This document shows positions 23,111-34,708 of a stretch of 64,000 nucleotides of DNA, piece after piece. A program made the position numbers and the translations under genes. Every line of letters begins with the position of its first letter. Position 1 is the stretch's first letter. The notes under the pieces are model-generated. The model saw only the letters and a program-made list of their open reading frames with translations, was not told where the DNA came from and searched no databases. Origin of the DNA: Schizochytrium sp. TIO01 (Eukaryota; Protista; Bigyra: Labyrinthulomycetes); assembly GCA_004764695.1 (NCBI GenBank), contig SMSO01000037.1:4750747-4814746 (forward strand), read 5' to 3'.

Positions 23111-23856
23111 TGTGAAACTCTAGCTGCTGACACCTTTCGCAGGTTGGTACACCCAGCAGGGTTCCGGTATGAGTGAGGGCGCCGTGCTTAAACCCCATCC
23201 AAGAGGTTTTCGCACCACAGAACAAGCATTTCTATATGTTGCCACAAAGGTTTTGTTCAAACAACCTTCTGTTTGTTAACCATCACTTCATCGAATTTTA
23301 TTTTATTTTTTGCACTGAGGTAAAACATTCAATAACCTTTGATCCAAGCAATACCAAGATTGCCCCTACTTACGCCAACATTGGCGTCACGTCACGTCGT
23401 TCATACACATCGTAGACCTCATCTCGACCAAAACATGCTTCTTTACAAGCAATGGTTATCGCTTGCCTTATTTTCCCGAGTCCCCATACCCAGCCCAATC
23501 TCGAAATTAGATTGAAGTAGCTCAGTTCTGCATCAGTTCTGGACTAGTTCTATTTACTATCCGCTTATTCACCACTGGTTTTTCTTTCCTTTTTAATTAA
23601 GAATATTAAATTAAAAATTGATCCTAGTACGCACTTAAAAGTTAGAAAATCTTTTAGCTTTAAGTTTTGGCATTTTAATACAAAAATTTCACTCATTACA
23701 TAGGTGGGCTCTATCTAAATTATTCACCTTATCACCTATTGTTTACTAGTGTTTTCCTTAGTAATGATAGTAGCCCCCCTTCGTAATTCAATTCATAAGT
23801 GAAATTAGGAAGATCGTCAAAAGCAATTCAAATTCAAATCTTCGATACCTGTTACG

Positions 23857-24439
23857 ATGTCTTCAAAGCACCAGTTTTACACATTGGATCACCACAACGA
23901 CAGCCTCTACCAGCCGCGGGACTCGCGTGAAAACACCGTTAGCCGGACGTATGAGGCTCTTGAGAGAACGCAGCAGATCCTCCAGGAGGTGAGTTTGGGG
24001 AGGAAAATGAATCATTTTTCTGAGAGCAGATGAAAATACAGAACAAATGAATAACCGGCTCCACATAGGGATCGTCTGCGATGTCCGTTTCCGAGGTATA
24101 TTGGCAGTAACACTAACTTCTTAAGAACGATCTCGCTCTCCATAACTTTGGCACCTTTGTGGTCCCAACCTCCTTCGAGCTCCATAGCGTTCCAGTCATC
24201 AAGAAGACGCTTGTCTGGAGATGGACCTAATCTCTGCTATATCAGAACACAACCTTCTCATGAGGATCATTCATAACTTCAAGACCCTGGAGAGGGACTT
24301 CGAGGCGACGCTCCAAGATTTTCAGGCTTCTCATCACGCCGCACAACTTAGGGCACAAGTTGCCGCAAAGGTTCTGCACCGTACAGAAGTTGAGACCAAC
24401 CAAGGCGGGACTGATACAAAGAATCCACAAATCCGTTGA
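23857..24439 (+). CDS. Predicted 3-exon small helical protein (~136 aa); exons 23857-23988, 24069-24095, 24188-24439
   Basis: ATG 23857, donor GAG|GTGAGT at 23989, acceptor CATAG| at 24068, donor GAG|GTATAT at 24096, acceptor CCATAG| at 24187. All junctions are phase 0 and join into the 24221-24439 ORF frame. Confidence 0.55.
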
Positions 24440-25278
24440 AGGAAAGGCAGTGGGGCCGTAAAAAAAAAAAGCAAAATGCGGTCTGAACAGAAAAACATTC
24501 TGGAGCCATTATCCTCGATAGGTTTCTCCATGATTACTCATGTAACGTAATGAAGACCACTGTATGGGTGGGTTTGTGAGGCTGCCAGCTGCGAGCTCGG
24601 CAAGTCACATGTATGCGAGCATGTCGAATGTCGAAATTAACTCTCCTTTACCTTTTACTCTCATTTCTCTTTTCTTTTTTCTTCTTTTTCCAAGGTGGTT
24701 GATGGCCGCTGGTACCAAGCACTCCTCAACCTTAAAGTACTCTTGCTCGGAGAACACATTTTGTCTTGATTGGCTTGCCCACGCTAGTGTGGTAGTATTC
24801 TGGAGACCCAAACAGCGATTAAAACAGGTATTTCGGATGTAATAGAGAGCGGAAACATACCTACACTCCTTCTAGTTCGATGTAGTACAAGTCTATATCC
24901 CGCGGGCTACAAAATTTGTTGGAGAAAGAAGCACACTAGTCCATGGGTCATTACTTGGAAATGACACCTTTTCATTCTCCTAGCCTGGTACAGTGGGCAA
25001 TCCGATTTTGAAGTACCATCGTGTTTGATACAACCCTAACAAGAAGACGCATTTAGTGCACACCTTCAATGTTCTGGGTTGAGCCGAGCAGTCGACGTGG
25101 TAATATATCTAGGTTTCAGGAGTACTAGCTGAATAGATAGTGCTTTAATGTGAAAGCAGAATCATTGAAGTCATACTTGCTTTCTCGGAGCTAAACTTTT
25201 GCTCGTGCTCCTCCTGTTCATTCTCCGTTCAGGAGAGGGGAAAGGAGGTGGGCAAGGACCAGGCCGAATGTTGTGGTG

Positions 25279-26739
25279 ATGGTCTCTACTAATATGACAG
25301 ATGCTACTGAAGAAGCATGTGCTGTCGCTGATGCATCGACAGACAGAATAAATGTCTTTATTTGCATTGGTTTACTATATCTTCAACTTGGCTTCATTGC
25401 CCTAAATGCAGCATCATCAGTGCGAATGAACAAGGTCTACATACATTTTCTCATGGCAGTCGATCACTGCGTTGGGGCAATTCTTTGGTGGGCGTTTGGA
25501 TTTGCATTTTACAGTGGAACATCATGGGCAGGTATTATTGGTATATCGGGCTTCTTTTCAGAGCCAGCAAATGCTATGGACTGGGTTGTGAATTATGTTT
25601 TTTTGAGTCGTATATTTACAATCGTCTCCACAACTACTGCAACCCGGCTTCGGCGTACTTTGCATTTGTCTCTACTATTGCATACAGTAATTGTGGTGAC
25701 TTGTGCAGGCCATGCGGTGTGGCACGAGGATGGTTTTTTAAATAAGCTAGGCTTCACGGATATCACAGGCGCTGGGGTAGTTCATCTTCTTGGTGGTACA
25801 GTGGGATTGGTTTGGACCCAAAAACTCGGTCCACGAATTCATCGCAAGGGGTTTCGATTGTCCCCTCTATCTAAGCTCACGCGAGAAGAAGTGAATGCTG
25901 TCCGGTCGTTGTCAACTTGTGATCGTCAAGCTCCAGTTGCAAGTCTTATATGCCTTTCTGTTACCTGGGTCTTGTTAAGTCTTAAGCATGCGCTAAAAAA
26001 CGATATAGGATACATTCTACCATTTATCGCGTCAAATACAATCCTTGCATCTTCCTCGGCTGGATTAACAGGTATTATATTCTCGCAAGTAATCTTTGGC
26101 CACATCTCTGGCGCTGCTGCAGCAACGGCATCAATCTCAGGGACGCTGGCCACAACAGAGATTGCAGCCTATGCAAGCTCATATGAGGTGATTATTTCCT
26201 CGTCTTTGGTCGCATTGATTGCTAGCTTTTTACAAGTAATCCTTTTCAATCGTTCAAAGATAGACGACCCTATTGGTCTCTTGCCTATTCATTTCATGGG
26301 TGGATTGTTCGCTGTTATCTTGCCAGGAATCTTGGCAAACCACCCCGAGTGTGGAGCAGACGACACTCCCCTAGGTCTTTTCCGAGGGGGGGGGGGTTCG
26401 TTCCTGGGCATCCAGCTATTAGGAGCAGTCTATCTTATTGGTCTTGGAGTAGGTAGTTCTATACTTCTTTCAATACTTTTGTCATTACGCGATTCAGACT
26501 TGCGTATAGAGTCTACTGAAGAAGCGATTGGGGAGGACATTTGCTTCCATGGAAGAACTATGTATGCATCACTTGACACAAAACGAATTACGCTGGAGAT
26601 CTTGCAAAAATCTATTTTCCAAGATGCTCTGCGACTGACCAAAGACGCGCAAAAGTCGCCAGTCTTTACGTCGTTTGCTCATACTTTCCATCAGGCGCAC
26701 TCTCGACCTGCTTCCTTGTCACGACATAGTAAGCCATGA
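25279..26739 (+). CDS. Divergent ammonium transporter (Amt/Mep family)
   Basis: About 11 hydrophobic segments; WWAFGFAF, GHAVW, DITGAGVVHLLGG, LGPR, IDDPIGLLPIHFMGG, GIQLLG, and C-terminal EEAIGED..HG. Confidence 0.88.
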   Translation: MVSTNMTDATEEACAVADASTDRINVFICIGLLYLQLGFIALNAASSVRMNKVYIHFLMAVDHCVGAILWWAFGFAFYSGTSWAGIIGISGFFSEPANAMDWVVNYVFLSRIFTIVSTTTATRLRRTLHLSLLLHTVIVVTCAGHAVWHEDGFLNKLGFTDITGAGVVHLLGGTVGLVWTQKLGPRIHRKGFRLSPLSKLTREEVNAVRSLSTCDRQAPVASLICLSVTWVLLSLKHALKNDIGYILPFIASNTILASSSAGLTGIIFSQVIFGHISGAAAATASISGTLATTEIAAYASSYEVIISSSLVALIASFLQVILFNRSKIDDPIGLLPIHFMGGLFAVILPGILANHPECGADDTPLGLFRGGGGSFLGIQLLGAVYLIGLGVGSSILLSILLSLRDSDLRIESTEEAIGEDICFHGRTMYASLDTKRITLEILQKSIFQDALRLTKDAQKSPVFTSFAHTFHQAHSRPASLSRHSKP

Positions 26740-27409
26740 GCACGGGTATATTTCGTCCTCTGCTTTGATTCTTATTATTTCTCCCATCTCTTGATAACCA
26801 ATGTTTGTATTTTAGCTACTTTAATGCGTTAGGAGGAAAATCGTGAAGAGGTATCACATCTTGCAAAATCTAGAGGGCATATGCTAGTCGAATTCCAGTT
26901 TAGCTCTCTACTGAGATATTTCTCTCTTCATAAAATGTAAAAATGAAGTACCGTCGTGACTTAAATTCGATTTTGATTGTTTTTACAGATACGAATATAC
27001 CATTGCAAACGACTGAAGATGGTATTAGCAGCACGTCCCCGGACAAGAAAGAGCGCTGGGGGTTTGTCGTTATAATTTCAGAGTAATTCGAAACATAGAA
27101 AATTCAACAAGTAGAAACATAGTTCATAAGCGCGGATGTGCTATAGATAGTCATAATTGACCACGCTTGTGATGATCCGTTCAAGGTGTGTACTGCTCCT
27201 CGCCTAATATCCAGTACTATAATAACAATAGCATTCTACTACACGTTTTACTCTTTCTGAGTGACTTATGTAGTTTCTAAAGAGTAACAAGGCTCAGATG
27301 ATGCTTTTTGAATGAACGAGCAGGTGTAGGCGGCCCATTGTGACGACGTACTCCACGAATTGTCCTTTGTTGAGAAGCCTCTCCTCGTCATCATAGAAGC
27401 GGCGATTGG

Positions 27410-30400
27410 ATGATGGCATCTGATATGTCCGCGCCAACAGATGGTGCTGTCTTTCCTGTTCTTGTTGAGCTTTGTGGTGCAGAGGATGACGAGACGAATC
27501 GAGAACTGAGTAGCACAAATAGGTTTCGTACGATCAATAGTATTTTGAAACATGTGAAGGACGAGCGTGACAAAGTGAATGCGAGGCTAATAACAGAAAG
27601 AGAATCACGCTACGAAGCCGCTTGCGCTGATGTTGAAGCGACCTTTCCTATACCTGAGAAGAAAAAATCTGTTGTGTCTGCGAAAAAGAAAAAGGCCATC
27701 GCAACTGCTCGCAGGAAGCGTCAAGAAGCTTTCGATGCTTTACAGCGTCCAGTCCCCCCTCATTTTGCAGTTTTGTCGATTGCTTACCCTGGTGCCCGCG
27801 AGGCAGAAAGAGCTAAAGACCAGGTTGTTGTTAGAAGCTCTCGCGATTTAAAGATACTATACAGAGAATGGGAAATCCTCTCCGAGCAGCGTCAGGAGTT
27901 GCTGGCGCTCCGTGCGTTTCGTGACATGCTTGTTTTACTAAATCGACACGAGTCCCTGTCCGATGCAATTCTATTTGAACTATTCCAGCTGTTGCACAAC
28001 AAGAGGATTGAATATTTTGCCTGGGATGCTCTATGCCAATTAATAGAATTTCTTGCTCGGCCAGCTAGTGCCGCTCCAAGCGAGGGACTTGAGGTTGACC
28101 GATATCGTGGCCTCGCCTCTTGGGGACTCGCCAAATATCCAAGTGTTCTAAATAACGCAATCAATAATGGCGTAAGCTTGCTCTCCATGGTTCTCCACCA
28201 AATTAGATATGCAGACTCTTTGAGATCGTCAAAGCCAAGTATTGAAGCATTGCAATTTGTCTGTGCCGCTGCGCTACTTACTCGCAACGGTTCTCATGAC
28301 CCAGTAGCTCGGTCATTGGTAGCTCAAGAATGCTTCATTGATCTTGGTAGGCGCGCAAATGACGGCTTTGTTCTATTGAGCAGCCTAGTTCTTCTTAACA
28401 ACACCCTGGAAGGTTTCTTTGAAGATACATCTGTAGAAGATGAGTCAAAGCGAGTAGTACTAGGTAAGCTCTCGAATCACTTCGCCTCCCCGCAGCTTAT
28501 TGTTCATGATGTCGAAACAAAAGGTGTAATGGCTCGTACAGATTTGTCAACTATAATCTTAGCTTGCAGTGCGATTTCCAAGGCATGCTTGCGGCTGCCA
28601 ATCTTTGGTGCGTCAGAACTTCTCTGTGGTAGTGGTGCTATTAGGCGTTTGCTTGCTTTAGGGGAGTGGTCCTACGAGGTACTCATGATTGCTAATTCAT
28701 CACAAAATAATGATGGTCTTGGACAGATTGTAGTTCCACATGCCCAAAAAACTCTTCGGTTATATACATCTGCGTTGAGATCTGCCTTCGAAATGGACCA
28801 CCAAGATGATATTCGCGTGAATCTAATTCGGGTAGTGTTGATCCAATGCTTGTTTTTATTGAGTGTTGCGACACGGAATATCCAGGACCAACTACCTCTC
28901 ACAGAGACGTCAAAGCCCATGTTTTTAGAGCTTGCAAAGTTGTTTTGCAAAACTATCCGAATGATTCGGTCGGAGTGGATCGTTATTTCCGAAGGAAAGG
29001 CAGCAGAACGCTTGCGAAAGATTGAAGCTGCAGAAGCTGCAGCTGAATTAGCTGCAATGAAAGCAATTGAAACTGGCAACAAAAATACCTCTACAGAGAA
29101 TCAGAATGGCCTGGGGGAAGACGGATCTCAGGATGGTCCATTCAATAATACTATTATTGTTGACGATCATCCACAAGAGTGGGTCTTGCGCAATATCGAA
29201 CTTTGTGCTTTACGTGGTTTCCGTTCACTTCTCGATGCTAAATACCTTTCAGCAGAGGATTTAGAGAGTCACTTTTGCGACGAATACCTTCCAGACCTCG
29301 CCAGCTTCCTCGAATGTGTCTCAGAAGATGCAAGGCGCTGCAGCATCGATATTATTAATCGTTTTATTTGCATTATTGAGCTCATGGAAGACCAGAAACA
29401 AGCCAAATCACTCCTTGAGCGTATTTCAATAGATGCAGAGCCAGTTTTAATTGTTGACATGCTACTGGAGAATCCGCATGAAGACAATGTAGCCTTTCTT
29501 TTATGTCGTGTAACGAAATACTCTGGCAACGGGGCGGCTACAGAGATAATCAACAATGTCCTTTCACTTATTGACCATCGCACCATTGCAATGGAAGATC
29601 ACTACTCATCAAGTGATCTATTGATCATTACATATCTCTTAGATGTTATATTATATGCTGCTCAGTCTCGTGAACGTAGACATTCGATGGGAACTCAGGA
29701 AGGTGGCTGCGCTGTTGAGGTTATTCTAGGCTGTTTAACACGGATGCTGGCCATTACGGCACGACCTCACCAAGCTTATGATTGCATTACGCACGCATGT
29801 ATGGCACTAACGCTGATTCTTCAAGATGTTAATAATCTTGAACGTTTTGCCAACGCACGCGGTGTGCAACTTTTATGCGCTCTTGTGGAGGAGTTTGGGA
29901 GAACTAGTGCACGATTAAAACCAGGACCAGAAAAAGGATTGCATTATGAAGTCCTACTTCATGCACTGAAGCTTTGGCGCGTCATTATTATGTCACGATC
30001 AGTACATTTTCAACAGGAAGTTCTTTGTGCTGAGGTCATGGATACCTTATTTACCCTTGCTTGTGCAGATTTTGAAGATGACACAAGTGAGTATCTGAAG
30101 CAATGTGCACAAGCAAAGCGGCTTGCTGCGTCGATTCTTGTTGCACTCCCCTTCAAGCGTGATGTTGCTGAGCCGTGCCTCATTGCAATTGCTCGAAGAT
30201 TCATTTGCCGTGACTATACGGAGATACTTCCTGTTGCTGTTGAGCAACAATCCTTTGGTGCGCGTATGTTCAGTCGTGTAGAAATTTCAGAAACGGGTCA
30301 TGAGCTCTTGCGACGCACACACGTCATTAAAGCACTTATTGATTTTGTTTGCCACGAGCCTGATGGAGATCTCACTCTAGAAGACCATGCCCAAGATGAT

Positions 30401-32782
30401 GCGCGCAAGGAAAGTGCCTTGATTGGCCTCTTGTACTTGTGCGCTGAAGATGCAAAGACGCAAGTATATGTTTGCTCTACAGCACTGTATCGGTTGCTTA
30501 AGAGCGCATGGGTGCTACAATCAAAGTATCAACACACTTTGGTCGGAAAGCTCTTAGAACAGCTTGCTCGCAATAAGATGAACCGTACCAAGATGTTTAA
30601 AGCAGAAATGCGTGCTCGTGCTATTGCAGTCCGCTTTCATAAACAAATCCTCACAGATGCTAGTAGCTTAGGTCAAACCCGAATTTCACCGAGACCCCTA
30701 TCCGCGGAACGTGGACGCACTAACCAGGTTCCGAATCAAACCAGCTCCCAAGAGAAGCATTTACTTCATCCCCAAAACATTGGCACAAATAAGCTTGAAG
30801 CTATTGATACAAAAGCTCATAGTTACGGCACTGAATGGACAGACCCAGAGTGCGAATCAGAGTGTTTGTCATCAAACATCCTTGAATGTGATACCGAACA
30901 AGCTCAAATTCATTATGATGCTACCAAGAGAGCTTCAGTGCTTGATTTAGGTAATGGGGAGTTACTGATTATTGAAGAAGACAGTGTGAAGGCAGAAAGT
31001 ATAGCTGCAGACGATATGCATGAGCTGGTTCGTCTTCAACATGAGTATAGTCAGTGGCTGGATAAACAAACACCTTCTCCCTCAAAGAAAACATCACGAA
31101 AGTCGAAGGGTTCGTCTCCGAAGGCTCTTGGACGAATTCCTGCAATAAAGTCTCCAAAATGTAAGCAGGCTAAACTACCCGCTACTAAAGGGTCTCTTGA
31201 AGCGTCAAGTCTTTGGACTCTGAAGGAGTCTATTTTTACGCCACATGAAAACCTCTCAGCAGTTGCGTGTAGTAATGGTCGTTTGTCAAAGCATGTTCCA
31301 CGCGAAGACCTTTTTGTTGCGCTCAACCAGCCCGCAAAACTTCTCTGGACTAATCGTAAAGTCGTGGAAGCAGCTAAAAATACAGAAGGTCATGCCCCCC
31401 AAGCACATGCTCTTGGCACCTCCAAATCTGACAAGCTTTGGCGCTTGACGCAACCTCTGGATCCTTTTCAAGAACTTGTGGAGCAGACTCCACTTCCTGA
31501 TCATGCACGCGACATGGATGTTCCTGATCTATCATTTCTGCAGTCAACTCGCGGCTCTCCACTTGGCCTGGTTGCGGCGCCAAAGGGCTTTGGAAGAACA
31601 CAGAATATAGACGGCGATGATGATGAGCTAGCCAGTACGCTTATTGACGAGCGCTGCCGTGCCTTGTGGGCGCCAGGCCTTTGTGAGTTAGGAACTGCTC
31701 CACGGTCTGAAACAATTGTAAGGCCCCGCGCGCATCCTGGTACAGACGAGTGGCTCAAGGAAATTGAAGATTTGAAGTGCTGGGCTGCATCTGGTGTGTT
31801 GACTGTTCCTGTTATTCCATTGTGGGTTGCAGATATCTCCATGAATCCGAATTTTACAACAGAAGCCAAGCTTGCAAATACAGGTGAAGAGAGCAAGGAT
31901 ACTGAGATTGTGATTGTACAAGAGCCTCTTTATTCTGCTATCTTGAGTCGAGTTTTTAATAAGAAAATGGACATGCGGCTTGAGCTTTTGTGTCCGCTAT
32001 ATGGATACTACTCAGCCCGCTCAACACTCGATCCACGGAGTTTACTCGAAGATCTGAACCTCGAACCCTTGCCCAAGAAGGACCCAGGACCATCAGACTT
32101 AGCAAAGTTTTTGGAATTGGTTCGTGACCGCATGAATGAAAAAGTGAGCGAAGAAGAAACCGCCAGCATCCTCGCTCGAAGGTTTTCTGCAGACTTGACT
32201 TGCCTTTATCTATGGCAGATAAATCAAACAAGTTTACGCCCCATTATTGCGGACCATTGGACTATGCTCCTACAAATTATTTCTGAAGGAGAAAGTGAAT
32301 ATAGTCTTGAAAATCATAAATTTCAAGCTCTCAGTCAATTAATTATCACGCATGATTCTAGCCTACGCGATGATGTGCGACTCGGACAGCATATGTGTAT
32401 CCCCTTTTTAGACGCAGGAGACGATTTGGTTGCTATGGGAGTCATGCTTTGCTGGATTGCACCAGGTTTCGCAGGTCAGCCGGCACGTCTTCAACATGAC
32501 CCTTCAGTTCCTAGCAATAAAACACCAGGATCTAAGAATGCATCATCGCAAAGGCAAACAAGCGTGTCTCTTAAAGGGGCACAAATCAGAGTGAACTCTA
32601 TGGAGACAAACTCAGAGAAGGAAAGTCAAGAACAACAACTTGAAGAGGGCGACCCTGAAGAGGATGACTCTCAACCTCCGCCTATATCTCGCGCTTTGCG
32701 AAGCCTTCTCATCCAGATCCATGATTGGGTTGAGGAGCGCAACAAGAAATTACTTAGGACTTCATTTGAGGAGACCATCTAA
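27410..32782 (+). CDS. Large hypothetical protein (1790 aa), probable ARM/HEAT-like helical N-terminal two-thirds and disordered C-terminal part
   Basis: Uninterrupted 5.4 kb ORF with Leu/Ala/Cys-rich amphipathic helices (e.g. ERFANARGVQLLCALV); no family recognised. Confidence 0.8.
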   Translation: MMASDMSAPTDGAVFPVLVELCGAEDDETNRELSSTNRFRTINSILKHVKDERDKVNARLITERESRYEAACADVEATFPIPEKKKSVVSAKKKKAIATARRKRQEAFDALQRPVPPHFAVLSIAYPGAREAERAKDQVVVRSSRDLKILYREWEILSEQRQELLALRAFRDMLVLLNRHESLSDAILFELFQLLHNKRIEYFAWDALCQLIEFLARPASAAPSEGLEVDRYRGLASWGLAKYPSVLNNAINNGVSLLSMVLHQIRYADSLRSSKPSIEALQFVCAAALLTRNGSHDPVARSLVAQECFIDLGRRANDGFVLLSSLVLLNNTLEGFFEDTSVEDESKRVVLGKLSNHFASPQLIVHDVETKGVMARTDLSTIILACSAISKACLRLPIFGASELLCGSGAIRRLLALGEWSYEVLMIANSSQNNDGLGQIVVPHAQKTLRLYTSALRSAFEMDHQDDIRVNLIRVVLIQCLFLLSVATRNIQDQLPLTETSKPMFLELAKLFCKTIRMIRSEWIVISEGKAAERLRKIEAAEAAAELAAMKAIETGNKNTSTENQNGLGEDGSQDGPFNNTIIVDDHPQEWVLRNIELCALRGFRSLLDAKYLSAEDLESHFCDEYLPDLASFLECVSEDARRCSIDIINRFICIIELMEDQKQAKSLLERISIDAEPVLIVDMLLENPHEDNVAFLLCRVTKYSGNGAATEIINNVLSLIDHRTIAMEDHYSSSDLLIITYLLDVILYAAQSRERRHSMGTQEGGCAVEVILGCLTRMLAITARPHQAYDCITHACMALTLILQDVNNLERFANARGVQLLCALVEEFGRTSARLKPGPEKGLHYEVLLHALKLWRVIIMSRSVHFQQEVLCAEVMDTLFTLACADFEDDTSEYLKQCAQAKRLAASILVALPFKRDVAEPCLIAIARRFICRDYTEILPVAVEQQSFGARMFSRVEISETGHELLRRTHVIKALIDFVCHEPDGDLTLEDHAQDDARKESALIGLLYLCAEDAKTQVYVCSTALYRLLKSAWVLQSKYQHTLVGKLLEQLARNKMNRTKMFKAEMRARAIAVRFHKQILTDASSLGQTRISPRPLSAERGRTNQVPNQTSSQEKHLLHPQNIGTNKLEAIDTKAHSYGTEWTDPECESECLSSNILECDTEQAQIHYDATKRASVLDLGNGELLIIEEDSVKAESIAADDMHELVRLQHEYSQWLDKQTPSPSKKTSRKSKGSSPKALGRIPAIKSPKCKQAKLPATKGSLEASSLWTLKESIFTPHENLSAVACSNGRLSKHVPREDLFVALNQPAKLLWTNRKVVEAAKNTEGHAPQAHALGTSKSDKLWRLTQPLDPFQELVEQTPLPDHARDMDVPDLSFLQSTRGSPLGLVAAPKGFGRTQNIDGDDDELASTLIDERCRALWAPGLCELGTAPRSETIVRPRAHPGTDEWLKEIEDLKCWAASGVLTVPVIPLWVADISMNPNFTTEAKLANTGEESKDTEIVIVQEPLYSAILSRVFNKKMDMRLELLCPLYGYYSARSTLDPRSLLEDLNLEPLPKKDPGPSDLAKFLELVRDRMNEKVSEEETASILARRFSADLTCLYLWQINQTSLRPIIADHWTMLLQIISEGESEYSLENHKFQALSQLIITHDSSLRDDVRLGQHMCIPFLDAGDDLVAMGVMLCWIAPGFAGQPARLQHDPSVPSNKTPGSKNASSQRQTSVSLKGAQIRVNSMETNSEKESQEQQLEEGDPEEDDSQPPPISRALRSLLIQIHDWVEERNKKLLRTSFEETI

Positions 32783-33886
32783 TTTGATATACGTAGACGG
32801 AACTGTGCAAGTTTATACAATACAAGATAATCACCGCAACATAACAAGGCACATGGAGATGTGATTTGGATTTGATGTAGGGCGCTAGCGGCAGTGGTGC
32901 ACACTGGTATAAAGCAGCAGGAGCACCAAGAAACCAACCAGCTCACAATTAATTTAGGATAGCAGTCAAGGTCCCGTGAGGTAGCAAACAAATCCTCGCG
33001 AAACTGAATAGGCCATCCAAACCTGGCATCGCCGCACCAAGTTTTCTTCAGACATCAACCCCCTCACGACCCAACCAGTCGACTTAAACCCGCCTTCAAA
33101 CTCGTCCAAATACCTCTCGTTGTCTGTGTTGGCAACTGTGGAGTTGTCATGACGGAGGAGGAGGAGGAGAGCGCAGGTAAACAAAGTAGTAGAAGAGTTC
33201 AAAACAGCAGTTGTAGTAGCATTGGTGATAATTATAAAAACTATAGAATAGGATACATGTGCCTTGCACGAGAGAGTCTCCAGAGCAGGCTTCACAGCTT
33301 GGTGAATCCACCAACCGCCTGGTTAGTGGATTGCTGTCAGCCCTGAGAAAGTTAAGTTGCCCTTGTTTGCTATGAACCACTCAAATCTCAATAGGCTAAT
33401 ACTCTAATAATGTACATGAATAACCGAGGTACCCCTAGATGACTCCAGTTAGGAAAGAGAAAAGAAGTTTATCACTCACGCAGCCTAAGGTACTTCCATT
33501 GGTATGAAACTAAACCATCCTCATGTGCAGAGTTTGTTGCATCGTGCGCTTCGTTGAGAATACTTGCCTATGTATAGTATCTATTTAGATATGTTATGTG
33601 AAGGCTTATTTCTTTGGTTCCCATCTATTCTAGAGAATGGAAAAAAAAAGAAAAAAAAAAGATTTGATCTCTGACAAAAACATACGCAGCAATTACACAA
33701 AGAGAAAGGGATACCAACACTAAGTAGCATGGAAAACGCAAACCCGACATTTCAAAATTGTAGCAGACGTGCGTGTAGTATGCTGCATGTCATCAATAAA
33801 TCATGAAAGTTTCCGAAGTAAATGAAAAAGCTCTATGGCGAACTACAAGTTTGGCCCATCAAATTATGTGCTTGAAATAGGAGCCT

Positions 33887-34708
33887 TTACCAGGGACGTT
33901 TTTCATCACGAAGAACTCTAGTCTCGAGATGCTCGAGTGAATCAACAGACAGTAGATGAACCCGCGAGTTAGACTTGTCTGCAACATGAATATGGCCTGT
34001 GTGGGGGTGAAATTCAATTCTACAAGGTGCGTCAAAAAGGTCTGCGCGAAATGTGTGTTGAAGGATGCCTTTAGTGGAAAAGACAAGAACTGTATTCTTG
34101 CCCATATCGCATATAAAGAGTCGTCCATCAGGGGTGACAGCGACATCCCAGGGCCGCTGCAACTTGCCAGCACTAACAGTGCGGATAGGTCGGCCGTCTT
34201 CCACACGAATAATTTGCACACGTGCATTCCCAGTGTCAGCAACAGCAACATGAGCTCGGTCTAGGGCGCAGAGGCCTCTAGGCTCTTCGAAGCGCCCTGG
34301 GCCATTGCCACGCTCTCCAATAGGTCCGATATCCGTGCCATCACAAAGGAGAACTCGCAAGCGATGAAAGCGAGTTTCAGATAGAACAGTTGTCCCGTCC
34401 TCGAGTGGTACTGTGCCAAAAGGAAACTGGAAATCAGGCAAGCGGGCGATGAGTTTATTATCGAGCTTTACCTCCTCTTGGTCCCAAACTCTGCCAGCGT
34501 CACGTTTGGCACTTCCTGCGCATCCAGAACTTTGCTGCCTTTCTACACTTTTGACCGAACCATCGTCAAGCTCACCATCAACATCCCTCGTGAGGCTGCG
34601 CTGGTCTCCCACTTCCTTTTGATCACCTTTTGACGACACGAAACTACTAGCGCTCAGGTCGCGCCGGGGACTCAATCCAGCTGCCAACGATCCTTCCACC
34701 TGGTCCAT
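33887..34708 (-). CDS. NHL-repeat (beta-propeller) protein
   Basis: GERGNGPGRFEEPRGL..VAVADTGNARVQI, LQRPWDVAVTPDGRLFICDMGKNTVLVF, FDAPCRI..IHVADKSNSRVHL. ATG at 34708. Confidence 0.88.
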   Translation of the reverse strand: MDQVEGSLAAGLSPRRDLSASSFVSSKGDQKEVGDQRSLTRDVDGELDDGSVKSVERQQSSGCAGSAKRDAGRVWDQEEVKLDNKLIARLPDFQFPFGTVPLEDGTTVLSETRFHRLRVLLCDGTDIGPIGERGNGPGRFEEPRGLCALDRAHVAVADTGNARVQIIRVEDGRPIRTVSAGKLQRPWDVAVTPDGRLFICDMGKNTVLVFSTKGILQHTFRADLFDAPCRIEFHPHTGHIHVADKSNSRVHLLSVDSLEHLETRVLRDEKRPW

